From assembly GCA_052387255.1 (NCBI GenBank), contig JBQTJI010000048.1, positions 1,917 through 65,916 on the forward strand: a stretch of 64,000 bases of DNA, given 5' to 3'. This document shows, in pieces, positions 11,546 to 20,672 of the stretch; within the stretch, counting starts at the first letter, position 1, and every line of letters begins with the position of its first letter. The position numbers and the translations under genes are program-made. Source of the stretch: Gemmobacter sp. (GTDB lineage Bacteria > Pseudomonadota > Alphaproteobacteria > Rhodobacterales > Rhodobacteraceae). Under the pieces are notes generated by a model that saw only the letters and a program-made list of their open reading frames with translations, did not search any database and was not told the DNA's origin.

Positions 11546-13192
11546 TCATTCCGCCGCGTCCGGCAGGCTTTGCGGTGCAGGCTCTGCCCCGTCGCGGATC
11601 AGCTTCCAGGTGACCGCGTCCAGAAGCGCCTCGAACGACGCATCGACGATGTTCGCGCTGACCCCCACCGTCGACCAGCGCCTCCCCTGCGCGTCTTCGC
11701 TGTCGATGATCACGCGGGTCACCGCCTCGGTCCCGCCTTGCGTGATGCGCACCTTGAAATCGACCAGCCGCATGTCGTCGATCATCGCCTGATAGGGCCC
11801 CAGGTCCTTGACCAGCGCCTTCCACAGCGCGTTGACCGGCCCCCGGTCGGTGCCGGTGCCGTCCATGCTTTCGCTGACCGACAGCATCTTGGCGGCCCCG
11901 ATCCTGACCACCACCACCGCCTCGGACAGGCTGACCATGCGGTTGTACTTGTTCTTGCGCCGCTCGACCGTCACGCGGTAGCGCTTGACCTCGAAGAACG
12001 CCGGCAGCAGGCCCAGTTCGGCCCGCGCCACCAGTTCGAAACTGGCCTGCGCCCCGTCGTAGGCATAGCCCGCATCCTCGCGTTCCTTGACCACCTCAAG
12101 GATGCGCGACAGGCGGCTGTCGCCCGCCGCCACGGCGAGCCCTGCGTCCACCAGCCGCGCCCGCAGGTTGGACTGGCCCGCCTGGTTCGACATCGGGATC
12201 ACGCGCGCGTTGCCGACGACCGACGGGTCGACATGTTCATAGGTCGCGGGGTCCTTGAGGATGGCACTCGCATGCAGCCCCGCCTTGTGCGCAAAGGCCG
12301 ATGCGCCCACATAGGGGGCCGCCCGGTGCGGCACGCGGTTCAGGATGTCGTCCAGCATCCGGCTGGTGCGCAAGAGCCCCGCCATCGCCGCAGGCGTCAC
12401 CCCGGTCTGGAACCGTTCGGCATAGGGGGCCTTGAGCAGCAGCGTCGGGATCAGCGTCGTCAGGTTGGCGTTGCCGCAACGCTCGCCCAGCCCGTTCAGC
12501 GTGCCCTGCACCTGCCGCGCCCCCGCATCCACCGCCGCCAGCGACCCGGCCACCGCATTCCCCGTATCGTCGTGGCAATGGATGCCCAGCCGGTCGCCGG
12601 GCACGCCCGCCGCGATCACCTCGGCCGTCACCCGACCGATGTCGGACGGCAGGGTCCCGCCGTTGGTGTCGCACAGCACCACCCAGCGCGCGCCTGCGTC
12701 CAGCGCGGCTGTCAGGCAGGACAGCGCATAGCCGGGGTCCGCCCGGTAGCCGTCAAAGAAATGCTCGGCGTCGAACAGGCACTCGCGCCCGCGCGTCACC
12801 ACATGCGCCACGGAGGCCGCGATGGCCTCGCGGTTCTCCACCAGCGTCACGCCCAGGGCCGTCGTCACATGGAACGGATGCGACTTGCCCACCAGACAGA
12901 CCGCCGGCGTGCCCGCATCCAGCACCCCCGCCAGCACGTCGTCATTCGCCGCCGACCGCCCGACCCGCTTCGTCATGCCGAAGGCCGTCATCACGGCGCG
13001 CGTCGCGGGCGCATCGCGGAAGAACTCGCTGTCGGTCGGATTGGCCCCCGGCCACCCGCCCTCGATGTAATCCACCCCCAGCGCATCCAGCGCCGCCGCG
13101 ACCTGCCGCTTCTCGGCGACGCTGAACTGCACGCCCTGGGTCTGCTGCCCGTCGCGCAACGTGGTGTCGAACAGGAACAGCCGGTCTTTCAT
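11546..13192 (-). CDS. cimA: citramalate synthase (LeuA/CimA family)
   Basis: MKDRLFLFDTTLRDGQQTQGVQFSVAEKRQVAAALDALGVDYIEGGWPGANP... ATG at 13192. The track's N-terminal extension reads through REP-A. Confidence 0.85.
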   Translation of the reverse strand: MKDRLFLFDTTLRDGQQTQGVQFSVAEKRQVAAALDALGVDYIEGGWPGANPTDSEFFRDAPATRAVMTAFGMTKRVGRSAANDDVLAGVLDAGTPAVCLVGKSHPFHVTTALGVTLVENREAIAASVAHVVTRGRECLFDAEHFFDGYRADPGYALSCLTAALDAGARWVVLCDTNGGTLPSDIGRVTAEVIAAGVPGDRLGIHCHDDTGNAVAGSLAAVDAGARQVQGTLNGLGERCGNANLTTLIPTLLLKAPYAERFQTGVTPAAMAGLLRTSRMLDDILNRVPHRAAPYVGASAFAHKAGLHASAILKDPATYEHVDPSVVGNARVIPMSNQAGQSNLRARLVDAGLAVAAGDSRLSRILEVVKEREDAGYAYDGAQASFELVARAELGLLPAFFEVKRYRVTVERRKNKYNRMVSLSEAVVVVRIGAAKMLSVSESMDGTGTDRGPVNALWKALVKDLGPYQAMIDDMRLVDFKVRITQGGTEAVTRVIIDSEDAQGRRWSTVGVSANIVDASFEALLDAVTWKLIRDGAEPAPQSLPDAAE

Positions 13193-13241
13193 GCTGCCAC
13201 GCTCCTGTCGCTCGCCGGGGCGCACGGCCCGCGCCGCTGCG

Positions 13242-13283
13242 CCCCCTCTCCCCCGGGGGGAGAGGGCCGGGGTGAGGGGGGGG
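13242..13283 (+). repeat. REP-A intergenic palindromic element
   Basis: ccccctctcccccggggggagagggccggggtgaggggggggcc, in the same orientation as the 11494 copy. Confidence 0.8.
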
Positions 13284-13322
13284 CCGCGCGTGCGAAACGG
13301 ACCCCGAGAAAAGACGCCGCGT

Positions 13323-14804
13323 TCATGCCTCGCCCTCCAGCTTCGTGGCATCGAACCCCGGCAGGCGCAGGATCGACACGCCCTCGCGCCCGATGTTCAC
13401 CTGCGCCCCCGCCTCTTGCACCACCGCGCGCAGCCGGTCGGCGCGCATGAAGTCGCGGGCGGCGCGGGCCTCTTCGATCTGGCGGGCGAAGTCCTCGATC
13501 TCGGCGGCCTCGCGCTGTGCCTGAAAGACATGGCCGCGCGCCCGGTCGGTGATGCGGGCCTGATCCTCGGCGGTGCGGCTGTGGCAGAGGTCGAACCCCA
13601 GCAGCCGCTGGCTGGCCTGGATGTCGTCCAGCCGGTCGATCACCCCTTGGGCACCATAGCGTTCGGCCAGGGCGCGGCGGTTCAGAAGGCGCAGCGCCTC
13701 GGGTGTCGCCAGGTCGTCCGATAGGGCCGCCACCACCTCGGGCAGGGGCGTGCCCTGCCCCAGCATGGCCAGCGTCTGCGACCCGTCGCTGCCCAGGGTC
13801 ATCGCCATGTCGGCCACCGCCGCCAGCGCCTCGGCCCGGCGCGCCGCACCATAGTCCATCGGATCGCGGTAGTGCGACAAGAGCAGCGCCGCACGGATCA
13901 CCTCGCCCGGTGTGCCGCCATCCAGCAGGTCCCGCACGGTAAAGAAATTGCCCAGCGATTTTGACATCTTGCGGCCATCGACCAGCAACATCTCGTTGTG
14001 CATCCAGACCTGCGCGAACCCCTGCCCCGGATGCGCGCAGCTCGACTGCGCCAGTTCGTTCTCGTGGTGCGGAAACTGCAGGTCGAGGCCGCCGCCGTGG
14101 ATGTCAAAGCTGACGCCCAAGATTTCCGCCGCCATCGCACTGCATTCGATGTGCCATCCCGGCCGCCCCCGGCCCCAAGGCGACGGCCACCCCGGCAGCG
14201 TGTCGTCCGACGGCTTCCACAGCACGAAGTCCATCGGGTCTTCCTTGAAGGGGGCCACCTCGACGCGGGCACCGGCGATCATGTCGTCGACCGACCGCCC
14301 CGACAGCGCGCCATAGCCCGCATGCGACCGCACCCGGAACAGCACGTGCCCTTCGGCGACATAGGCATGGCCCTTGGCGATCAGGTCGGCGGTCATCGCG
14401 ATCATCTGGCCGACGAAAGCCGTCGCGCGCGGTTCCTGCGTCGGCGGCAGCGCGCCCAGTGCCGCCGCATCCTCGCGGTACCAGGCGATGGTCTCGTCCG
14501 TGCGCGCGGCGATCAGGTCTTCCAGCGACCCCTCGGCCCCCGCCGCGCGCCGCCGCAGCGCCTCGGCGTTGATCTTGTCGTCGATGTCGGTGAAATTGCG
14601 CACATAGGTGACGTGATCCGCGCCGTACACCTGCCGCAACAGGCGGAACAGCGTGTCGAACACCACGACGGGCCGGGCATTGCCCAGATGCGCGCGGTCA
14701 TAGACGGTCGGCCCGCAGACATAGATCCGCACGTTCGCAGGGTCCAGCGGCACGAAGTCCATGCGTCCGCGCGTCCGCGAGTCGTGCAACCGGATGGTGG
14801 CCAT
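13323..14804 (-). CDS. cysS: cysteine--tRNA ligase
   Basis: ...[19 protein letters not shown]... and KMSKSLGNF class-I synthetase motifs. 493 aa. Confidence 0.95.
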   Translation of the reverse strand: MATIRLHDSRTRGRMDFVPLDPANVRIYVCGPTVYDRAHLGNARPVVVFDTLFRLLRQVYGADHVTYVRNFTDIDDKINAEALRRRAAGAEGSLEDLIAARTDETIAWYREDAAALGALPPTQEPRATAFVGQMIAMTADLIAKGHAYVAEGHVLFRVRSHAGYGALSGRSVDDMIAGARVEVAPFKEDPMDFVLWKPSDDTLPGWPSPWGRGRPGWHIECSAMAAEILGVSFDIHGGGLDLQFPHHENELAQSSCAHPGQGFAQVWMHNEMLLVDGRKMSKSLGNFFTVRDLLDGGTPGEVIRAALLLSHYRDPMDYGAARRAEALAAVADMAMTLGSDGSQTLAMLGQGTPLPEVVAALSDDLATPEALRLLNRRALAERYGAQGVIDRLDDIQASQRLLGFDLCHSRTAEDQARITDRARGHVFQAQREAAEIEDFARQIEEARAARDFMRADRLRAVVQEAGAQVNIGREGVSILRLPGFDATKLEGEA

Positions 14805-15030
14805 CGTCGAAACCCTTCGTTGCGGCAGCGGCAGCCCCCGCGCGGGTCTAGCAACTTTGTCTTTCCTTGGGAATGATCAGAGATGCCCCGCGCGACCTGT
14901 TGGTCAGCGGGGAATGCAGCAGCCGGTGATCCGCGTCATCGTCATCGTCGCACCATACCCGCACCGGTCCCCGCCGCCAAGCCCATTGCGGGCGGGCTCG
15001 CCGCATGCCTTGATGCGCCGGGGGGCACCC

Positions 15031-16416
15031 ATGAACCACGACGACCTGCGCGACTGGTCCAAACGCGCCGCCGACTGGGCGCATGGCTATCATGCGACCT
15101 TGCGCGACCGCCCCGTGCGCGCCGCCCTGACGCCCTGGTCGGTCGCGAACCAGCTTCCCGCCGCCGCCCCCGAAGCGCCCGAACCGATGGACGCGATCTT
15201 TGCCGATTTCGAACGCATCGTGCCGCCCGCCATGACCCATTGGCAGCATCCCCGGTTCTTCGCCTACTTCCCCGCCAACGCCGCGCCCGCCTCGATGCTG
15301 GCCGAACAGCTGGCCAATGCCATGGCGGCACAGGGCATGCTGTGGCAGACCGCCCCGGCGGCGACCGAGATCGAATGCGTCATGGTCCGCTGGCTGGCGC
15401 AGGCGCTTGGCCTTCCCGACCGGTTCCAGGGCACGATCCACGATTCGGCCACGACTGCCACCCTGTCCGCCGTGCTGACGATGCGCGAGGCGGCGCTGGA
15501 CTGGGCGGGCAACGCGAAAGGGTTGGCGGGCCAGCCGACCCTTCGCCTCTATGCCTCGGCCGAGACGCATTCGTCGGTGGACAAGGCGGCGCGGGTGGCG
15601 GGGATCGGGCAGGCGAACCTGGTCCGCATCCCTACCCTGCCCGACCTGTCGATGGACCCCGTGCTGCTGGGGCGGGCCATCGTCGCCGACCGGGCGGCGG
15701 GCCTGATGCCCGCAGGCGTCATCCTCTGCGCGGGCGGCACTTCGGTCGGGGCCTTCGACCGCATCGCCGAATGCATCGCGGTGGCCAGGGCCGAGGGACT
15801 GCCCGTCCATGTCGACGCCGCCTGGGCCGGATCGGCGATGATCTGCCCCGAGTATCGCGAACTTTGGGAAGGGATCGAGGGGGCCGACAGCATCGTCTTC
15901 AACCCGCACAAATGGCTCGGCGCACAGTTCGACTGCGCGGTGCAGTTCGTCGCCGACCCCGCCCCGCAAATCCGCACCCTGGGCCTCAAGCCCGCCTTCC
16001 TGACCACGCCCGACGCAGGCTCTGCCCCGCCGCCCGACTTCAACGACTGGACCATCCCCCTTGGCCGCCGCTTCCGCGCGCTGAAACTGTGGTTTACCCT
16101 TCGCGCCTATGGGCTGGAGGGCCTGCGCGCCCGCATCCGCAACCACGTCGCCTGGGCTACGCAGGCGCGCGATGCCCTGGCCCGATTGCCGGACGTGCGG
16201 ATCGTGACCGAACCCGTGCTCAGCCTGTTCACCTTCGCCCTGCCGACCGATGCCGCGACCACGGCCCTGCTCGACCGGATCAACGCCGACGGCCGCATCT
16301 ACCTGACGCCCACGCGCCATGCCGGGCGTTCCGTGATCCGCGTGCAGGTCGGCCAGTTCGACTGCACCCGCGACGACGTGATGATGATCCCGCAGGTGGT
16401 GGCCAGCCTGATGTGA
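15031..16416 (+). CDS. pyridoxal-dependent (group II, aromatic-L-amino-acid type) decarboxylase
   Basis: MNHDDLRDWSKRAADWA...HWQHPRFFAYFPAN...SIVFNPHKWLG (PLP-lysine motif). ATG at 15031. Confidence 0.85.
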   Translation: MNHDDLRDWSKRAADWAHGYHATLRDRPVRAALTPWSVANQLPAAAPEAPEPMDAIFADFERIVPPAMTHWQHPRFFAYFPANAAPASMLAEQLANAMAAQGMLWQTAPAATEIECVMVRWLAQALGLPDRFQGTIHDSATTATLSAVLTMREAALDWAGNAKGLAGQPTLRLYASAETHSSVDKAARVAGIGQANLVRIPTLPDLSMDPVLLGRAIVADRAAGLMPAGVILCAGGTSVGAFDRIAECIAVARAEGLPVHVDAAWAGSAMICPEYRELWEGIEGADSIVFNPHKWLGAQFDCAVQFVADPAPQIRTLGLKPAFLTTPDAGSAPPPDFNDWTIPLGRRFRALKLWFTLRAYGLEGLRARIRNHVAWATQARDALARLPDVRIVTEPVLSLFTFALPTDAATTALLDRINADGRIYLTPTRHAGRSVIRVQVGQFDCTRDDVMMIPQVVASLM

Positions 16417-16489
16417 CGGCGGGTGTCCCCACCGGTTGTCCCTTGTCCCGCTACGCGGCTGCGCAAAGCTGGCGGCAACAGGAGAACGC

Positions 16490-16814
16490 CATGACCCGCC
16501 TTGCAAAAACCGCCCTCATCCTTGCCCTTGCCCTGCTGCCGGGTTCCGCGTCGGCGCGCGGATTGCCGGACACCCGTTCCCGGACCGGCGGCTACTATTT
16601 GCGCGCCCGTTCGTTCGGCGACCAGCGGCGACGACCGGGTGTTCCTGCTGCCGAATGTCGATTTCGACCCGTGCGGCCAGAGCCTGTCGCATTCATCCGG
16701 GTCCATCCCCCCGGACCGGTCGTCCCGGCGAAGGCCGGGACCCCGATCAATGCGCCTCGAGGATCGGGGTCCCGGCCTTCGCCGGGACGACCGGGTCGGA
16801 TGACACAGGGGTAA
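16490..16814 (+). CDS. possible small secreted protein (uncertain, 3' part runs into a repeat)
   Basis: ATG at 16490 gives the signal-peptide-like MTRLAKTALILALALLPGSASA. Downstream the frame crosses the REP-C palindrome, and another frame looks more protein-like (GDDRVFLLPNVDFDPCGQ). Confidence 0.25.
16712..16799. repeat. two inverted REP-C copies forming a nested palindrome
   Basis: A 31-bp perfect inverted repeat ggtcgtcccggcgaaggccgggaccccgatc (16718-16748 / 16762-16792) with a 13-nt loop. Each arm contains the hairpin tcccggc-gaag-gccggga. Confidence 0.85.
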
Positions 16815-16840
16815 ACCGCATGGGACGCAACCTGCACTCG

Positions 16841-17341
16841 CTAGAACGCCGCGCGTCCCAGGATCGCGACGCCTGCAAGCGCCGACAGGTACAGCCCGAT
16901 GCCGAACACGACATGGGCCGCCAGTTGCAGGCCGCGCGTGCGCCACGGGTCGGTGGCGCGGGAGGCGGCCATGCCGTTCCCCATCCCCGGCGACAGGATG
17001 AACCACCCCGCCCCGACGGTGACGACACCCACGATCAGCGCGGGCGGCAGGGTCGGCGCGCGGCCCCAGTCAAGCCCCCAGATCGCCAGCACCAGCGCAC
17101 CGTAGAGGATGCCGATGGCGTAGTGCGCCAGCCAGCCGATGGTTGCCTCGCCCGGCACGGCGCGGGACGCGGCGATGTCGTCGTGGATGAACCGGCCCCG
17201 GCCGCAATGCGCGAACCAGCGCCCCACAAGGCCCCAGTCCGGCAGCGCCACGCCGAAGCCCGCGTGCAGTGCGCGGCCCCAAAGGTCGAACAGGATCGTG
17301 GCCCCGGCTCCGATCACCAGGCTGCGCAGCAGGAATTCCAT
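16841..17341 (-). CDS. DUF2938 family membrane protein
   Basis: MEFLLRSLVIGAGATILFDLWGRAL...LVGRWFAHCGRGRFIHDDIA...GWLAHYAIGILYG. ATG at 17341. The longer track ORF would overlap rnpB. Confidence 0.6.
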   Translation of the reverse strand: MEFLLRSLVIGAGATILFDLWGRALHAGFGVALPDWGLVGRWFAHCGRGRFIHDDIAASRAVPGEATIGWLAHYAIGILYGALVLAIWGLDWGRAPTLPPALIVGVVTVGAGWFILSPGMGNGMAASRATDPWRTRGLQLAAHVVFGIGLYLSALAGVAILGRAAF

Positions 17342-17446
17342 GGACCTGTTCCCCTTCGCCCCGGACCGGGGCCGTTGTGGACCGGCGGCAGGGCAATGGC
17401 AATCTTCCCCATTGACCATGCTGCGCCGTGCCCCTAACCCCACGGT

Positions 17447-17848
17447 CGCGCGGATGGCTGGATGATCGCGGGGCAACCCGAGGAAAGTCCGGACTCCATG
17501 AGGCAAGGGTGCCGGGTAATGCCCGGCGGGGGCAACCCCAGGGAAAGCGCCACAGAGAAGAGACTGCCCCTGTCCGCAGGGGTGATGGTGAAACGGTGGG
17601 GCAAGAGCCCACCGCGGGACTGGCAACAGGACCGGCATGGCAAGCCCCACCCGGAGCAATGCCAAATAGGGGCCTCGCGCGGGGCCGGGTCCGGCAACGG
17701 GCCGCCCGCAGGGACGCTTCAGCCCGAGAGGCCCGGGTTGGCAGCTTGACCGCCCTGGCGACAGGTGCGGCAGAGGAATGGTCATCCACGGGGCGTCTGT
17801 CGAAAGGCGGGGCCCCCGGACAGAATCCGGCTTACAGGCCGTCCGCGC
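17447..17848 (+). ncRNA. rnpB: RNase P RNA, bacterial type A
   Basis: Contains the universal GAGGAAAGTCCGGACTCC and ACAGAATCCGGCTTACAGGCC blocks. The P1 stem pairs gcggatggc with gccgtccgc. Confidence 0.9.
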
Positions 17849-17915
17849 AACTTTCCCTTGTCCCCAAGGCATTGCCCGCTGGACGGCACTGCCGCGCTGA
17901 GGCAGGTTCGCCCGC

Positions 17916-20288
17916 ATGGCCAAGGAACCCTTCGCGCTCGATCCCAAGGCGGCACGCTGGATCGCGGCGTTCTATGCCGCCCGCGCCTGGTCGCGCGACG
18001 ATGTGGTGCCGCCCCCGGCGGCCGATGCCATGGCGGCGGATATCTCGGAAGACATGGCCGAAGTGCAACTGATGCGGGCCACGATCACCCGCGCGCATGA
18101 GGCGCTGTGGAACAACCCGCCCGCCGGACCCGATCCGGGCGACTGGGCCGAAGTCGAAGCGTTAGGGGAGCTTGTGCAAGAAGCCGAGGAAGCGGGCGAT
18201 GCGGCGTCGGCCAAGGACTTGCTGCTGAAGATGGCGGTGGCGCTGCGGGCGGTGGCCAAGGCGCGCAGCGATGCCGCCACGCAATCGGTGGCCGCCGCAG
18301 ACCCCGCCGCCGCCTACACGTGGCACGCGGTCGATCCCGCAGGTGGCGGGCGCAAGGTGTTCGGCGTGGGCCTGCACACCGATCCTGCCAGCGGGCAGAT
18401 CGACACGCTGTCGATGTCGGGCCGACCGCAGGGCAAGCATGGCGGACAGCAGGGCCAGCATGTCACCGCCTTTGTCGCCGTGCGCGCCGCAGCCGTGGGG
18501 GCGACCTGCGGGCAGACCGAGCCCGACGCGCAGGCCAATGTGGCGCATCTGTTCGCGGGGCTGCTGCGCTATCCGGCGTTCGGTGCGGCGGGGCCGAAGG
18601 GTGGCCCCGACACCACGGTGATGGCCACGATCCGGGGGCTGGCGTCCGCCGACCCCGACGTCTGGGCGCACTGGCCGCTTGACCGGGCGGTGAAGTTCTA
18701 TGCCGAACTGCGCGATGCCCTGCCGGGGGCCACGCTGCCGCCGCAGGAGAAGGCCGACACCGATGGCCACGGCGAGGGCAGCGCCGCGCGGGAACTGGAC
18801 GCCTGGGATTGCAGCGACGACATCGCCGCCCCGATCGACGACGCCGATGCGAAGTTCGTGGTCGATCAGATGCTCAAGCTGATCGACCTGGAAGGCATCA
18901 ACGCGCTGGACGATACGGCCCGGATGCAGCAGGCGCTGGACAGTTTCGTGCTGGGCATCGCGCAGGGGTGGCCACGGTTGTTCAAGACCGAGATCACCGG
19001 CGGCGCCACGGTGAGTGAGCGGCTGATCGAGGCGGCGTTCGATCCGGCCCTGCGACCGGCGTACAACCCGGCGAAGTTCCGGGCGGGCACCAACACTCCG
19101 GTGACGAATGCGCCCTATCCCCTGGCACCCGTCGATCTGAAACAGCGCGGCGATTTCTGCGCCGACCTGCCCAATCTCGACGGGGTGGTCCGGCCGCCGA
19201 AGGTGGACAACCTGACCGCCTGTCTTGACACGCCGCCGGGCGCGCCGATGCGGGTGGACTTTGTGGGGCGGCCGGAGTCGATCAAGGACAGCAAGTCACA
19301 GGGCGACCACATGACGGCGATGTGCCTGATGAAGCCTGCGGTCAGCACGGCCCTGCTGGGCACTGATACGGACGTGCCCGACAGTGCCACGCTGAAGGTG
19401 CGGTTGCAGGCGGTGCTGGACCAGTTTGCGCCCGCCAAGTTTGCGCCGCTGGTCGCACTCTTGCCGGACGACGTGGGCGCGGCAGGGCCGATGCAGAAAC
19501 TGCGCGAACGGTTGACGGATGTGATCACGCGACACGCCGACCTGACGCTGCGCTGTGCTGCCCTGCAGGCAGCACCCCCGGTGGCGACCGACGTGCAGAC
19601 CTTCATCGCGCTGGCCGAGGATGTGCTGCGCCTGATCGACCAGCGCCCGACGGCGGTCAGCTATGACGCGCCGGCCGGCGGCAAGGACGAACCCGGTGGG
19701 ATGCGCATCCTGAACGCCGCCGAAGCGGCGCTGGCAGCGGGAGGAGTGCCCGTCGACGACGTGAAGGCCGGGTTCCTGAAGCTTCTGGATGTCAAGTCGG
19801 CGGCCCTGGGGCTGGACCACCTCAAAAGCGACCCGGGCCGGCGCGTCCCCTACATCGACCTTGTCGCCGGTGAATTCGTCTGGTTTGCGCGGCGCGGCTT
19901 TCCGCACTGTCTGGACCATCTGGGCGAGGCGGTCCTGCTGGCCGAGGCCAAGCGGCTGATCGGCGACACCGACCACACCGATGACTGGCGGGACGTGACA
20001 GGATATGTGCCCGGCGACGACGACGATGACGACGACGATCCCGACGGGGAGGACACCGGACCGGTCGTGCCGCGCATCCAGCCTGCCCGTGGTGCCCGGA
20101 AAACCGCCGCCGACGGGCTGCCCGCAGCCAAACTGGCGAAAGCCGCCGCCGAGGACACCGTGCATGACCGTGGCAATGATGATGACGGGGACGACGATGA
20201 CGACGGCGACGGCGATGACGACGGCGACGGCGATGATGACGATGACGATGACGACGAGCCCGTGCGCACCGGCAAGCGCGGACGCTAG
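17916..20288 (+). CDS. hypothetical 790-aa acidic protein with poly-Asp C-terminal tracts
   Basis: Long ORF with genome-typical GC3-rich codons and ordinary amino-acid diversity. I recognise no family. C-terminus reads ...GDDDDDDDDPDGED...GNDDDGDDDDDGDGDDDGDGDDDDDDDDEPVRTGKRGR. Confidence 0.75.
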   Translation: MAKEPFALDPKAARWIAAFYAARAWSRDDVVPPPAADAMAADISEDMAEVQLMRATITRAHEALWNNPPAGPDPGDWAEVEALGELVQEAEEAGDAASAKDLLLKMAVALRAVAKARSDAATQSVAAADPAAAYTWHAVDPAGGGRKVFGVGLHTDPASGQIDTLSMSGRPQGKHGGQQGQHVTAFVAVRAAAVGATCGQTEPDAQANVAHLFAGLLRYPAFGAAGPKGGPDTTVMATIRGLASADPDVWAHWPLDRAVKFYAELRDALPGATLPPQEKADTDGHGEGSAARELDAWDCSDDIAAPIDDADAKFVVDQMLKLIDLEGINALDDTARMQQALDSFVLGIAQGWPRLFKTEITGGATVSERLIEAAFDPALRPAYNPAKFRAGTNTPVTNAPYPLAPVDLKQRGDFCADLPNLDGVVRPPKVDNLTACLDTPPGAPMRVDFVGRPESIKDSKSQGDHMTAMCLMKPAVSTALLGTDTDVPDSATLKVRLQAVLDQFAPAKFAPLVALLPDDVGAAGPMQKLRERLTDVITRHADLTLRCAALQAAPPVATDVQTFIALAEDVLRLIDQRPTAVSYDAPAGGKDEPGGMRILNAAEAALAAGGVPVDDVKAGFLKLLDVKSAALGLDHLKSDPGRRVPYIDLVAGEFVWFARRGFPHCLDHLGEAVLLAEAKRLIGDTDHTDDWRDVTGYVPGDDDDDDDDPDGEDTGPVVPRIQPARGARKTAADGLPAAKLAKAAAEDTVHDRGNDDDGDDDDDGDGDDDGDGDDDDDDDDEPVRTGKRGR
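20175..20258 (+). repeat. coding (GAY/GGC)n trinucleotide tract (28 codons N/D/G/E)
   Basis: Includes a tandem gacgacggcgacggcgat unit repeated twice. A second D8 tract lies at 20016-20039. Confidence 0.85.
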
Positions 20289-20412
20289 GCCGGGCGAACC
20301 GCGCCGTCGCGCACGTTTCGCGGTTGACACTGCCCGCCCGCTGGCTAAAAGGCGGGCTTCAAGGATTTTCCCCTCCGCGCGATGCGCGTGACCGGGGACA
20401 GGAGAGACGACG

Positions 20413-20580
20413 ATGGCCAAGCCGGCAACGATCAAGATCCGCCTGAACTCGACGGCGGGCACCGGGCACTTCTATGTGACCTCGAAGAACGCGCGCACCA
20501 TGACCGAAAAGATGGTCGTCAAGAAATACGACCCCGTGAAGCGCGAGCATGTGGAATACAAGGAAGGCAAGATCAAGTGA
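20413..20580 (+). CDS. rpmG: 50S ribosomal protein L33
   Basis: My own translation is [55 protein letters not shown] (55 aa). GGAGAG RBS upstream. The ORF is below the track's size cutoff. Confidence 0.9.
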   Translation: MAKPATIKIRLNSTAGTGHFYVTSKNARTMTEKMVVKKYDPVKREHVEYKEGKIK

Positions 20581-20612
20581 TCTGAGCCGACCCGTCCCCG
20601 AAAGGGAACATG

Positions 20613-20645
20613 GGCCGCGCCTGCAAAGGTGCGGCCTTTTCTTTT
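20613..20645 (+). terminator. rho-independent terminator after rpmG
   Basis: Stem ggccgcgcc / ggtgcggcc followed by ttttctttt. Confidence 0.75.
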
Positions 20646-20672
20646 GCGCGCCTCTTGTGGCACATTTCGGCG

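Noticed and set aside
17342-17947. N-terminal extension of ORF 16841..17947 and other ORFs across 17430-17850.
   Set aside because: The region is RNase P RNA. The DUF2938-like sequence begins at MEFLL (17341).
20324-20357. TTGACA-N16-TAAAAG as the rpmG promoter.
   Set aside because: This is ambiguous. The same DNA forms a hairpin gcccgcc...ggcgggc that could terminate the upstream orphan gene. I did not call it without TSS data.
19296-20462. 388-aa antisense ORF under the 790-aa orphan, with poly-Val/Ile runs.
   Set aside because: The V/I runs are simply the antisense reading of the GAY tract. The + frame has the better codon usage and amino-acid diversity.
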